Shown in pieces: positions 37,097 to 46,960 of a stretch of 64,000 bases of DNA (position 1 is its first letter; each line of letters begins with the position of its first letter). The translations under genes were made by a program, and so were the position numbers. This DNA is from an uncultured Clostridia bacterium (GTDB taxonomy: Bacteria > Bacillota_I > Bacilli_A > RF39 > UBA660), in the NCBI GenBank assembly GCA_947165365.1, contig CAMVAF010000001.1, positions 17,133 through 81,132 on the forward strand, read 5' to 3'. The notes under the pieces were generated by a model that was not told where the DNA came from, made no database searches, and saw nothing but the letters and a program-made list of their open reading frames with translations.

Positions 37097-38437
37097 CTAT
37101 TTCTTTTTATTATTCTTTGTTAAATCATACCCTCTATTTTTCATTTTTTCATATACTTTAGGGTTTTTATTTAACATCATAAATTCCCCTATTACTTCGT
37201 TATTCTTTGTTAATCCTGTTTGTTTAAATTTATATATTTCACTTAATTCTATTTCACCATTATCAAGAATTCCGGTGATTTCATTAATACTAGTTATCTT
37301 TCTTCTTCCATCAGTAAGACGTTCACAAACAATGACGATATCTAAGGCATTTTTTATATAATCTCTTATTGCGGGAACTGGTATTTCCATACTTCCCATT
37401 AAAACCATTGTTTCTAGTCTATTTAGAGCATCTATTGCCCCATTAGCATGAAGTGTAGTAAGGCTTCCTTCATGACCTGTGTTCATCGCTTGTAACATAT
37501 CAAAGGCTTCACTACCTCTTACCTCTCCAACAATAATCCTGTCTGGTCTCATACGAAGAGAGTTACGAACTAAATCTCTCATAGTAACTTCCATATCACT
37601 TTTATAGTTTGAACCTCTTGTCTCTAAGGGAATTACATGTTTTTGCGATAGTTTTAATTCGGCTGCATCTTCAATTGTAATAATTCTTTCATCTTCACCA
37701 ATAAAACCAGATAAAATATTTAAAATAGTTGTTTTACCACTACCAGTACCACCACATACAATAATATTTAATTTTGATTTTATCGATGACTCCAAGAATT
37801 CTGCCATATCACGAGTTAAAGTACCATTACGAAGTAAATCATCAATACTTGATAAATTTCTTTTAAATTTACGAATGGTTAACACTGGTCCATTAATAGA
37901 TAATGGTGGAATAATAGCATTTATTCTTGATCCATCAGAAAGACGGGAATCGACCATCGGATTTGATGAATCTATGGTCTTTCCAAGAGGTCCCACCATT
38001 CTCGTAATAATTCTTAATATGTGTTCATCATTAATAAAAGATACCGTTTCATCTCTTATAATTTTACCATCTATTTCTACATAAACTTCATTAGGACTAT
38101 TAACCATTATTTCACTGATGTTATCATCATTTAAAAGTTCATTTAAAGGACCATAACCATTTATTTCATTATCAATCATATTATATATATGACTTCTTTC
38201 TAAATTAGTTAAATCACGTCCTTCAATAGTTTTATCAATAATATTATTAATAAAATCTTCTTTTGTTTGATTAGGACCTTTTTTATTATCAATAATATTT
38301 TCAATTATTTTTTTTCTTAATTCATCAAGTAATTCTTTATCTTTGATAATATCATAATCATTAATAATCTTTGTTTCTTTAACATCTTCTATATTAAATT
38401 CTTTTAATAAACTATTATTCATCGATATCACCAACAT
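37097..38437 (-). CDS. cpaF: CpaF/TadA-family secretion ATPase
   Basis: Walker [36 protein letters not shown] and [13 protein letters not shown] are motifs of the VirB11/CpaF family. Confidence 0.9.
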   Translation of the reverse strand: MLVISMNNSLLKEFNIEDVKETKIINDYDIIKDKELLDELRKKIIENIIDNKKGPNQTKEDFINNIIDKTIEGRDLTNLERSHIYNMIDNEINGYGPLNELLNDDNISEIMVNSPNEVYVEIDGKIIRDETVSFINDEHILRIITRMVGPLGKTIDSSNPMVDSRLSDGSRINAIIPPLSINGPVLTIRKFKRNLSSIDDLLRNGTLTRDMAEFLESSIKSKLNIIVCGGTGSGKTTILNILSGFIGEDERIITIEDAAELKLSQKHVIPLETRGSNYKSDMEVTMRDLVRNSLRMRPDRIIVGEVRGSEAFDMLQAMNTGHEGSLTTLHANGAIDALNRLETMVLMGSMEIPVPAIRDYIKNALDIVIVCERLTDGRRKITSINEITGILDNGEIELSEIYKFKQTGLTKNNEVIGEFMMLNKNPKVYEKMKNRGYDLTKNNKKK

Positions 38438-39173
38438 CTTTCGCTAATTTAATAAGTAATTCTCTATCTTTATCATTTTTAAAAGATAATTTATTATTTA
38501 AGATTAAGATTTTACCTTCCATTAAATACTGATTAATATTTTTAATATACAATGATTTTGGTAAAATATAATCTATATTATGTTCAATAACACTTTTAAT
38601 ATCATATTTAGAAAAATAATTATTTTCTTCCTTATATGAATTATTTAAAATAACTTTAACATTATCTTTATTTAAATCTTTTAAAATACTTAATAAATTA
38701 GAAGTATTTTTAAGTTCTTGTGGATTATCTCCAATTAAATAAAGAATAACATCAGCCATATCAAGAGATAATAAAGTATCTCTATTTGGAATATGGGTTG
38801 TATCAATTACAATATAATCATAATGATTTTTATAAATATTAATTATTTGTTCTAAAACATTACTATCTATTTTAGAGGCTTCTCTTGGATCTTTGCATGA
38901 TGCAAGAACAGATACATATTCATCATATTTATAAACATAAGCATCTTCATCTTTATAACGATTATTGATTATATCATCAAATAAATTATAGATTGTCTTT
39001 CCTTTAGGAATATCAAGTAGTACACTAATTCCTCCACTAGATAAATCCATATCTATTAATAATACTTTCTTTTTTAAATAAGAAAATACACCTGCTAAAG
39101 TAGTAGCAAAAATTGTTTTTCCAACGCCACCTTTACCACTATTAATAGTAATTATCATTCCTTTATTTTTCAT
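38415..39173 (-). CDS. tadZ: ParA/MinD-like ATPase (TadZ/CpaE position)
   Basis: Deviant Walker A SGKGGVGKT. It overlaps the cpaF start by 23 nt. Confidence 0.65.
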   Translation of the reverse strand: MKNKGMIITINSGKGGVGKTIFATTLAGVFSYLKKKVLLIDMDLSSGGISVLLDIPKGKTIYNLFDDIINNRYKDEDAYVYKYDEYVSVLASCKDPREASKIDSNVLEQIINIYKNHYDYIVIDTTHIPNRDTLLSLDMADVILYLIGDNPQELKNTSNLLSILKDLNKDNVKVILNNSYKEENNYFSKYDIKSVIEHNIDYILPKSLYIKNINQYLMEGKILILNNKLSFKNDKDRELLIKLAKDVGDIDE

Positions 39174-39182
39174 ATCACACCT

Positions 39183-39542
39183 CTATGAACATTCATAAAT
39201 TTCTTTAGTTACATAGTTACCACAGTAACTTACTTTTATTTCAGATATTTTATAAATATTATTAAATAACCCCTTTTTTAAACTTTTAACATTTATTTTA
39301 ATAATATCATTATCGATATTTACTAATACTTCATTTTCATTATCTTTTAAAGTATTATTTATTTTATCTAAATCTTTAATATCTTTATTAAGAATTATTT
39401 TTAAATTATCATTAACCATCATTCTTAAATGATTCTTTTCTAAATAATTATTACTTGCTACGATAACATATATTACAAATAAAAGAATTACTGGCAAAAT
39501 AATAACAAAAATAATTAAACTTTGACCCTTTTTATTCATCAA
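39183..39542 (-). CDS. TadE-like pseudopilin / pilus assembly protein
   Basis: The N-terminus KKGQSLIIFVIILPVILLFVI is TadE-like. Confidence 0.5.
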   Translation of the reverse strand: MMNKKGQSLIIFVIILPVILLFVIYVIVASNNYLEKNHLRMMVNDNLKIILNKDIKDLDKINNTLKDNENEVLVNIDNDIIKINVKSLKKGLFNNIYKISEIKVSYCGNYVTKEIYECS

Positions 39543-39858
39543 TAATCCTTCTTTCTACCGTAACTTTATAAGGATTCTTTAAAATATTTTTAAGTCCTGG
39601 GGTAATTAAATCTAATTTAGTTTCTAAAATTATTTTATTATCTTCTATTTTATAAGTAATTTTATATTCATCTTGAGATAAATATGTCTTAATATCACCA
39701 TTATTTTCTTTTAATGTTACGACATTTGATAGGGTGTTTTCTAAGTGATTCTTACAAAGAATTATTTTACCAAAATCAATTATCATAAATAAAATTAACA
39801 AAAGTACTGGTAAAATAAGAATAAACTCAATTAAAGCTTGACCCTTTTTATTTTTCAT
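39532..39858 (-). CDS. TadE-like pseudopilin / pilus assembly protein
   Basis: KKGQALIEFILILPVLLLILFMIIDFG matches the TadE N-terminal motif (G..(I/V)EF...LP). Confidence 0.6.
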   Translation of the reverse strand: MKNKKGQALIEFILILPVLLLILFMIIDFGKIILCKNHLENTLSNVVTLKENNGDIKTYLSQDEYKITYKIEDNKIILETKLDLITPGLKNILKNPYKVTVERRIIDE

Positions 39859-39909
39859 ATATTCACCCTATCATAAAAATTATAACATAAAAAAGAAAAA
39901 AAAAGAATA

Positions 39910-40614
39910 CTAATCTGTAATATTCTTATTTTTTATAAATTCCCGTAGCATTTTAATTAAAGCTCGCTTTTCAATACGAGATACATAACTTCTAGATATC
40001 TTCATTTCTTTAGCAATTGCTTTTTGGGTTTGTTCATCTGTATTACCAAGACCATATCTTCTTCTTATAATATCTTTTTCTCGGTCATTTAAAACACCGA
40101 TATATTTATTTAATAATTTAATATTTTCTTTGGTTTGCAAATCCATGGCAAAATCTGGTTTTGGACTTTTTAAAATATCTAGAATTGTTATTTCATTACC
40201 TTCTTTATCAAAACCAATACTCTCATTAATCGAAATATTTTTATTATTCTTATTATTTGTTCTATAGTACATTAATATTTCATTTTGAATACAACGAGAT
40301 GCATAAGTAGTTAGTTTAACACTTTTATTTATTTCATAAGTATCAATACCTTTAATTAAACCAATAATTCCTATACTTATTAAATCATCCTGTTCCCCTA
40401 CTTTATGATCAAATTTCTTAACAATATGGGCTACTAATCGTAAATTATGTTCAATTAATTTATTTCGAGCATCTTTATCACCATTTTTCATTAAATTTAA
40501 ATATTTTTCTTCATCTTCATTACTTAATGGATCAGGGAATAAATTATTAGAATAACTTGCCGTAAAGAAAAATAAACTCTTAATTATATCTAAAAAAAAC
40601 AAAATAACCCCCAA
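39910..40614 (-). CDS. sigK: Sporulation sigma factor, pro-sigma-K
   Basis: FFFTASYSNNLFPDPLSNEDEEKYLNLMKNGDKDARNKLIEHNLRLVAHIVKKF closely parallels B. subtilis pro-sigma-K [24 protein letters not shown]...LIEHNLRLVAHIVKKF. The gene is uninterrupted, with no skin-like insertion. Confidence 0.85.
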   Translation of the reverse strand: MGVILFFLDIIKSLFFFTASYSNNLFPDPLSNEDEEKYLNLMKNGDKDARNKLIEHNLRLVAHIVKKFDHKVGEQDDLISIGIIGLIKGIDTYEINKSVKLTTYASRCIQNEILMYYRTNNKNNKNISINESIGFDKEGNEITILDILKSPKPDFAMDLQTKENIKLLNKYIGVLNDREKDIIRRRYGLGNTDEQTQKAIAKEMKISRSYVSRIEKRALIKMLREFIKNKNITD

Positions 40615-40710
40615 TTAAATACTATGTCATTATTTTAAATTTATTATAGCAAAGAAAAAGATTTTCTTTCATTTAAGCCGGTGTATGATAATAAGTACTG
40701 TATCAAAAAG

Positions 40711-40745
40711 CAAAAAAAATAGCAATATTTTTAGATATTACTATT
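40711..40745 (-). terminator. Terminator after the CotH/VTC/DUF4956 operon
   Basis: Minus strand: AAUAGUAAUAU-cuaaaa-AUAUUGCUAUU followed by U8. Confidence 0.6.
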
Positions 40746-40752
40746 ATTTTTA

Positions 40753-41415
40753 TTATCCCATAGTATCAGTGTTATTAGCCACTAAATTAACAACATCAAT
40801 ACCTAAATTATCTTGTAAACTATTAATTAAAGAATCATCTTTGTTATTTAATAATTTTACATCATATACAAGTTCAATATTTCCATTATTAATATATTTA
40901 CCTTTACAATTATAAAATTTAACTTTCTTACTTATTATTTTTTCTATTCCATCAATAGAGAAATCTTTTCCTTTGATAATAAGAATAAATTTATCATCTT
41001 TAGATATTACTTTTTTAAAGCCAAATAATACTAAACAAATAACAATACTACCGGCAATAACAATAGTATAATTTTGTGTTCCACAAGCAAGTCCAGTTAC
41101 CACTGCCCAAAAGATAAAGGCAGTATCTCTTGGATCTTTAACAGCCGTTCTAAATCTAATAATAGATAGAGCACCTACCATACCTAAAGATACAGAGATA
41201 TTACTTCCAATTACCACCATAACAATTGTTGTTACCATTGTTATCATAATAAGTGATACATTAAATCTTGGATTATACATTACTCCTGTATAAGTGTTTT
41301 TATAAGTTAAATAAATAATTAAAGCTACTATAAAAGCGATAACTAAAATTAAAAATACTGTTTCAATTGGCATCTTTACTTGCATTTCACTTAATGCTTC
41401 TAATACTTTTTTCAT
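40753..41415 (-). CDS. DUF4956 domain-containing membrane protein
   Basis: SIIRFRTAVKDPRDTAFIFWAVVTGLACG is the conserved block. The protein is multi-TM. Confidence 0.7.
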   Translation of the reverse strand: MKKVLEALSEMQVKMPIETVFLILVIAFIVALIIYLTYKNTYTGVMYNPRFNVSLIMITMVTTIVMVVIGSNISVSLGMVGALSIIRFRTAVKDPRDTAFIFWAVVTGLACGTQNYTIVIAGSIVICLVLFGFKKVISKDDKFILIIKGKDFSIDGIEKIISKKVKFYNCKGKYINNGNIELVYDVKLLNNKDDSLINSLQDNLGIDVVNLVANNTDTMG

Positions 41416-42086
41416 TACATTACATTCCTTCCCATTATATATTTACTAACAGACTGATATCTATTAGTATATTTACTCAATATTTTACTTATGTATGGTT
41501 CTAAGAACCTATCAAATTTAACTTCTAAAATTACATCAGCTTTATTGGTTAATTCATAGAAGTTTATTTTTTGATTAAAGAAATTATCAAAATCATTACT
41601 TTTTCGTACATTTAAATCAAATGTTATTCTAGTTGTTGTACTACTAATATAAGCAACACGATCATACTCAATTATTACTTTAGGTCGATACCCTGTAATA
41701 AATAATTCATGTAATTTCCAAGCTAAAGGATTATCCATTAATAATAAATTATCATAATTTCCCTTGATTATTTTTTGACCTTCATTCTTATCAATAATTA
41801 ATGATTCTTTTAACTGATGAATATCATTTTTAGCTTTTATCTCTAATTTAGCCAGTTTGCTTTCTGGATTATATGTTCGAAGTCTCACTTTTTTTCTTAA
41901 CATCTCTCCATTTAATTTGTCATAATAATCAGTATCATTAAAATTATCAAAATAAAGACTTCTAACAAGATAAGCTCCACCACGGTCTAGTGTTAAAACA
42001 CTGTCTAACTCTTTTCTTAAACATAACATTTCTTCATATGGTATAACATATTTAAATTCATGTCGAAAAGTTTTAAGAGTCTCCAC
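41415..42086 (-). CDS. VTC-domain (polyphosphate polymerase / triphosphate-tunnel-like) protein
   Basis: FRHEFKYVIPY...YLVRSLYFDNFNDTDYYDKLNGEMLRKKVRLRTY fits the VTC-domain pattern. Confidence 0.72.
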   Translation of the reverse strand: METLKTFRHEFKYVIPYEEMLCLRKELDSVLTLDRGGAYLVRSLYFDNFNDTDYYDKLNGEMLRKKVRLRTYNPESKLAKLEIKAKNDIHQLKESLIIDKNEGQKIIKGNYDNLLLMDNPLAWKLHELFITGYRPKVIIEYDRVAYISSTTTRITFDLNVRKSNDFDNFFNQKINFYELTNKADVILEVKFDRFLEPYISKILSKYTNRYQSVSKYIMGRNVM

Positions 42087-43059
42087 TATCTATCACCTCA
42101 ACTTTACTGGTATTATTGATATTACCTGGTGTTGGCAAATAGTAATAGTACCATTTATCTTTATCTTTACCATAACTCATATTATCATTTAATTTAACTA
42201 TATTTACTTTATCTAATATTTTATTATTAAAAGATAAAATTATTTCTTTATCATTATCTGATAATTTAAAGTTTGCACATAAATAATCATCTACTTTTTC
42301 TCCACCAGTAAGATAAATTACCTTATATTCATCTTTTTTTATAGTTATATCAGGTAACATATATTTATTTAGATTATTACTATCATCTGATAGTGATACA
42401 TTAGCAAGACTAACGTCTCCAGATAAATTATGAATCTCAATCCAATCATAGAATTTACCATTACTTAAATATGAAATACTTTTATTATGTGTCATATATT
42501 CAGTTATTTCAAGTTTTAAATCACCTTTATTATTTTTATTATTTGTACTTAAAACATTTTCTTTATATGGTGTTGGATTAGTTATTTCATAATTTCCTTT
42601 AATATAAGAATATGACATATCACTATTTAATTTAGGATAAGTTACTCTACTTATGATATTTCCGGTCTTATCAATTAGAGTAACCATCTCCCCATCTTTA
42701 TTTAATTTGAAATTAGCTTGACATAATTCCTTATCATCACAGTTATTAACTCCTGATGCCAAGATAAGTAAATAATCATGACTTTTAATAGTTATATTAG
42801 GGAATATCCATTTTCTTGATTCTGCAAGATTATCCGTTAAAGAATATCCTTCTAAATTAATATCACTTCCATAATCATTATATATTTCGATATAATCATG
42901 ATATTCTCCATCACTTGTTTCATAACTATTTTTATTACTTGCAACTATTTCATTTATATATAATTTTCCTACTTTAATATAGTTATGTTGTTCTTTATTT
43001 AAAACAATGATAACAATACCTATAATAAAGAGTATTATTAGTAATCCATATTTTTTCAT
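42073..43059 (-). CDS. Secreted/membrane-anchored protein with two lamin-tail domains (LTD)
   Basis: LYINEIVASNKNSYETSDGEYHDYIEIYNDYGSDINLEGYSLTDN is followed by a second copy, ITEYMTHNK...YDWIEIHNLSGDVSLANVSLSDD. Confidence 0.7.
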   Translation of the reverse strand: MKKYGLLIILFIIGIVIIVLNKEQHNYIKVGKLYINEIVASNKNSYETSDGEYHDYIEIYNDYGSDINLEGYSLTDNLAESRKWIFPNITIKSHDYLLILASGVNNCDDKELCQANFKLNKDGEMVTLIDKTGNIISRVTYPKLNSDMSYSYIKGNYEITNPTPYKENVLSTNNKNNKGDLKLEITEYMTHNKSISYLSNGKFYDWIEIHNLSGDVSLANVSLSDDSNNLNKYMLPDITIKKDEYKVIYLTGGEKVDDYLCANFKLSDNDKEIILSFNNKILDKVNIVKLNDNMSYGKDKDKWYYYYLPTPGNINNTSKVEVIDSGDS

Positions 43060-45848
43060 TTCAAATCTCCAAAATATTTATTATATTCACTATTACTCAA
43101 ATTAAAGTAACTTCTTAAATTATTAACTACTTTATTATATCTATTTGTTAAACTATTTTTAAAACTTGATAAATTATTTTTCCATCTTGACATACTATTT
43201 AAACTTGGATAGTAATTACCCCATCTTTTAATATGATATTCCATTTCATTTTCTATTTCTTTAGATAATTCATCAACTATTTTTTTCATTCTATCTGGTT
43301 TAAAAGTTGTTTTAAGGTATTTAGAAAGACTTCTTAAATATAAATCTTTAAATTCACTATTTCGATATAATCTTCTAGTAATAGTAATACTTGATGAAAG
43401 ATATGTTGCTGCAGGTACTCTAACCTGTTTTATAGGATATCCCATATCAAGTGATGTGTTCCACAAGCTCCAATCAAGATCATATAACATCCAACGCCAC
43501 TTTCCATCATCACTTTTCCAATATCTAATATTACCTAAATCTGTATTTCCATAGAAACTTTCAACAATAAAGTAATTAATTAATTCTTGAACATCAATTT
43601 GACTCTTTAAATATTCATAAACCTTACTATCTTTTGGATCATGACTTTTAATATAATTTACTAAATTATTATAGTCTTTGGTACTTCCTTTTCTTGCTGC
43701 AGAATATTTAATTAAGTCAATATCATCTTTATCTATACCAAACTTACTTTCAACATAATCACCATTTAATCTTTCTCTTAGGCTATAAAGTCCATAATAA
43801 GAACCATTTAAATATACTGCTACAGGTCGATATTGTTGCATATCGATATCCATCTCACCCTTTAATATCCTTGTCATAGCAGCATCCATAATTCTAACAT
43901 GCTTTGGATCTTCTCCAGAATTTCTAAGTAAAATGGATGAATAAGTATTATAATCCATATCTGGAAAGAATGGATATGTCATATCACTAACACCATATTT
44001 TTTTCTTAAAAAGATACTAATACTCTTTTGTGGTTCTTTTCTTGAATCCATTCCAGATAATTTAGCGTTTGCTACCACATTTACTCCAAGATTACCTTCA
44101 CTATCATAAAATTCAAAATTAACTTTCTTTTCACTATTACTAGTATAATTAGTAATTAAACCATTTCCCCCAAATAAACTATTATTATCCGTAGAGATTG
44201 ATGCAAAAGCAATATCATGAGTTCTACCAGTAATAAAGGTTCTAGAGATTACATCAGATTCTATATAACCATCTTTATAACTAATAGCTTTAATAACGGT
44301 ATTTTTATTTATTTTAATTGGTTCTGTGTATTTAGTTTTATTACTATTTGGAAAACTTCCATCAGTTGTATAGTAAATGATACTTCCATCACTACTATTT
44401 AATGAAATACTATCACCCTTCTTAGCATAACCACCATTCTTACTAAATATAGGTGCCATACTATATCCTTTATAAATATTACTACTATTATTACTTCCTA
44501 AAGTAATATTCTTATAATATACTCTTTTATTATCACTAAGTCCTACACTAAGACCTTCTTTAAGTTTACCAACATCTAAGGTATTAACAATATCATCATT
44601 ATAATATAAATAAACAATATCATTACTATTATTAATATTAAAATTTAGGTTACTATTCTTTAACACTAAATAACCTTTCTTTTTAATAGAGTACTTTGAT
44701 AAATCATATTTAGCACCACTTTTATCACCAATACTATATTTTGTTAATGTAATATCATTATCGCTTTGATTATATAGTTCTATTGCTTCAACCGGAGAAA
44801 TACTAACTTCATTAATGATAATATCATTTTTAATAACGTTATTTTCAATTTTATTAACACTTCCTAATGTTGGTTTATTAGTATCTATCCATTTATCATC
44901 TATTAGTGATAATGAATGATTATTATCTAATTTTTTAAGATTAATCTTCTCTACTATTGTTTTTTTAGGATTACTAAAAATAATTAAAGTTTCATTATCT
45001 ACTTTAAAATTAGTATGTATTTCATCATCTAATATTTTATCAAGTCCAGATAACATAACAACTTTATATTCATGTGATTTTATTGGCATACTAGGAAATT
45101 TGTATTTAGTAATATCATCAATATTATCCGATAAATAATACCCATCTAAATTAGTATCTACATCTGAATCATTATATATTTCTATTAAACTATAATATTT
45201 ATTATCACTACTTTTCTTTAAACTTTTATTATTAATGGTATATTCTGTTACCCTTAATGAATCAGTAATTTCATTATATATTGGATCAACAGAATACTCA
45301 CCAGTATTTTCTTTTCCAGGCGTTCCATTATAGTAATATACATAATTATTTTCCTTTTCATTAAAACCATATGAAATATCTTTCATAGTTTCTCTAACAT
45401 AAACTTTACTTATTACTTTACCAGAAGAATCAGAAAGTGCAATCGTCTCCCCTTTTTGATCTAATTTAAAATTAGTATGTAATTCATCCTCTTTTAAATT
45501 TTTACCAGATGCGAAAATCACTAAATAATCATTACTTTTAATAGTTACATCCGGAAACGACCATTTTTTAGTTTCTTTCATGTTATCTGTTAAAAAATAT
45601 CCATATAAATTAATATCATAATCATTACCATTATATATCTCAATATAATCATTATATTTGCCAAATTTATCAGTTATTGTATTGTTATTAATTAACATAA
45701 CCTCATTAATAATTAATTTACCTACATTCATATTAGTATTCAAATTAGGTACAATAAACATTAATAATACCATAATAATAAACAAAATAATAATTAACAA
45801 TATTTCTTTTATACTACTCTTTTTCATATCATCAACTCTACTAAACAT
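43056..45848 (-). CDS. cotH: CotH-family kinase with N-terminal lamin-tail domains and a chitobiase/Fn3-like domain
   Basis: There are several LTD units (LIINEVMLINNNTITDKFGKYNDYIEIYNGNDYDINLYGYFLTDN ...). IYYTTDGSFPNSNKTKYTEPIKINKNTVIKAISY is present. The C-terminal CotH region has YSSILLRNSGED, YLNGSYYGLYSLRERL and NIRYWKSDDGKWRWMLYDLDWS. An alternative start is ATG 45827. Confidence 0.8.
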   Translation of the reverse strand: MFSRVDDMKKSSIKEILLIIILFIIMVLLMFIVPNLNTNMNVGKLIINEVMLINNNTITDKFGKYNDYIEIYNGNDYDINLYGYFLTDNMKETKKWSFPDVTIKSNDYLVIFASGKNLKEDELHTNFKLDQKGETIALSDSSGKVISKVYVRETMKDISYGFNEKENNYVYYYNGTPGKENTGEYSVDPIYNEITDSLRVTEYTINNKSLKKSSDNKYYSLIEIYNDSDVDTNLDGYYLSDNIDDITKYKFPSMPIKSHEYKVVMLSGLDKILDDEIHTNFKVDNETLIIFSNPKKTIVEKINLKKLDNNHSLSLIDDKWIDTNKPTLGSVNKIENNVIKNDIIINEVSISPVEAIELYNQSDNDITLTKYSIGDKSGAKYDLSKYSIKKKGYLVLKNSNLNFNINNSNDIVYLYYNDDIVNTLDVGKLKEGLSVGLSDNKRVYYKNITLGSNNSSNIYKGYSMAPIFSKNGGYAKKGDSISLNSSDGSIIYYTTDGSFPNSNKTKYTEPIKINKNTVIKAISYKDGYIESDVISRTFITGRTHDIAFASISTDNNSLFGGNGLITNYTSNSEKKVNFEFYDSEGNLGVNVVANAKLSGMDSRKEPQKSISIFLRKKYGVSDMTYPFFPDMDYNTYSSILLRNSGEDPKHVRIMDAAMTRILKGEMDIDMQQYRPVAVYLNGSYYGLYSLRERLNGDYVESKFGIDKDDIDLIKYSAARKGSTKDYNNLVNYIKSHDPKDSKVYEYLKSQIDVQELINYFIVESFYGNTDLGNIRYWKSDDGKWRWMLYDLDWSLWNTSLDMGYPIKQVRVPAATYLSSSITITRRLYRNSEFKDLYLRSLSKYLKTTFKPDRMKKIVDELSKEIENEMEYHIKRWGNYYPSLNSMSRWKNNLSSFKNSLTNRYNKVVNNLRSYFNLSNSEYNKYFGDLK

Positions 45849-45910
45849 TTTATCACATTTCTTACTAGATTAAAAGAAAAACACATTTATTTTTTTAAAA
45901 AAATTACCTA

Positions 45911-46942
45911 TTATTCATAGGTAAAATTTAAGAAATCTTTCAAAACATCTTCAATATTTACATTATCTTTTAACTTTTTTATATTAATAACTAATAATAT
46001 ATTATCGTCTATCTTTATCTTATATTCATTGGTATTTATATCAATAATCTTTTTATTAACATTATATTTATTCATATTAATTGTTTCATTATCATTACTA
46101 TTTATAATATTATCAATTGTTTCTTTATTTCGATAATATTCCATTTTTATATTTATATCAGCATCAAACACTTGATCTTTTACTATTCTAAAATATTCTA
46201 ATTCATTTCCAAATTCCATATTTGAAATAAAATTAACATATTTTTCTCTACTTTGATTATATACAATTTTTTTATTGGTTATACCTTCTAAATTCATTTC
46301 ACAAAAATACATATCACATCGTGAATAATGTTCAACATTTTGCATTTTAAGACTTTCTACTATTTTTTTTAACATAGAACTATCAAAACAATTATTTTTT
46401 AATGTTAATTCAATGCTATTATATAATTTATCTTTTAATACTATAATAAGTTTTTCATTATAAATTTCATCTTCCATAGTTTTTATTAAAAAAACTTCCA
46501 TATTATCACTTAACTGATACTTATATATTTTTCCTGATGAAATTATTTCAGCAAAAATGGTATCAAGATATTCATCATAATTTTTTTCATAAGCAATCTG
46601 TAAATTATAATTTAATTCTAACTCATTATTAGTATATCTTATTTTTTTAGTAGAATATTCTTGAATAATCATATCACTGGGTATATCTATATAATAAATA
46701 TTTTTAATTTCATTATAAATACTATTTAAAGTTATTGTTTTTAAATTTTTATTTTGATAAACAGCATAATTCTTTATATCAAGATCACCATTTTTAACAA
46801 TTACCCAATTGATTGTTTCAATATCTGAAACATCAGTATTAATATGATTATTGTTATATATCACAAATATAATAATCATTAATATTCCTGTGATAAACAA
46901 ACAAATACTTATCATTTTAATAATCATATTATTTCTTTTCAT
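45911..46942 (-). CDS. Hypothetical membrane-anchored protein
   Basis: It has an N-terminal TM (MISICLFITGILMIIIFVIY). I recognise no motif. Confidence 0.45.
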   Translation of the reverse strand: MKRNNMIIKMISICLFITGILMIIIFVIYNNNHINTDVSDIETINWVIVKNGDLDIKNYAVYQNKNLKTITLNSIYNEIKNIYYIDIPSDMIIQEYSTKKIRYTNNELELNYNLQIAYEKNYDEYLDTIFAEIISSGKIYKYQLSDNMEVFLIKTMEDEIYNEKLIIVLKDKLYNSIELTLKNNCFDSSMLKKIVESLKMQNVEHYSRCDMYFCEMNLEGITNKKIVYNQSREKYVNFISNMEFGNELEYFRIVKDQVFDADINIKMEYYRNKETIDNIINSNDNETINMNKYNVNKKIIDINTNEYKIKIDDNILLVINIKKLKDNVNIEDVLKDFLNFTYE

Positions 46943-46960
46943 ATATTATAACCTCACATT

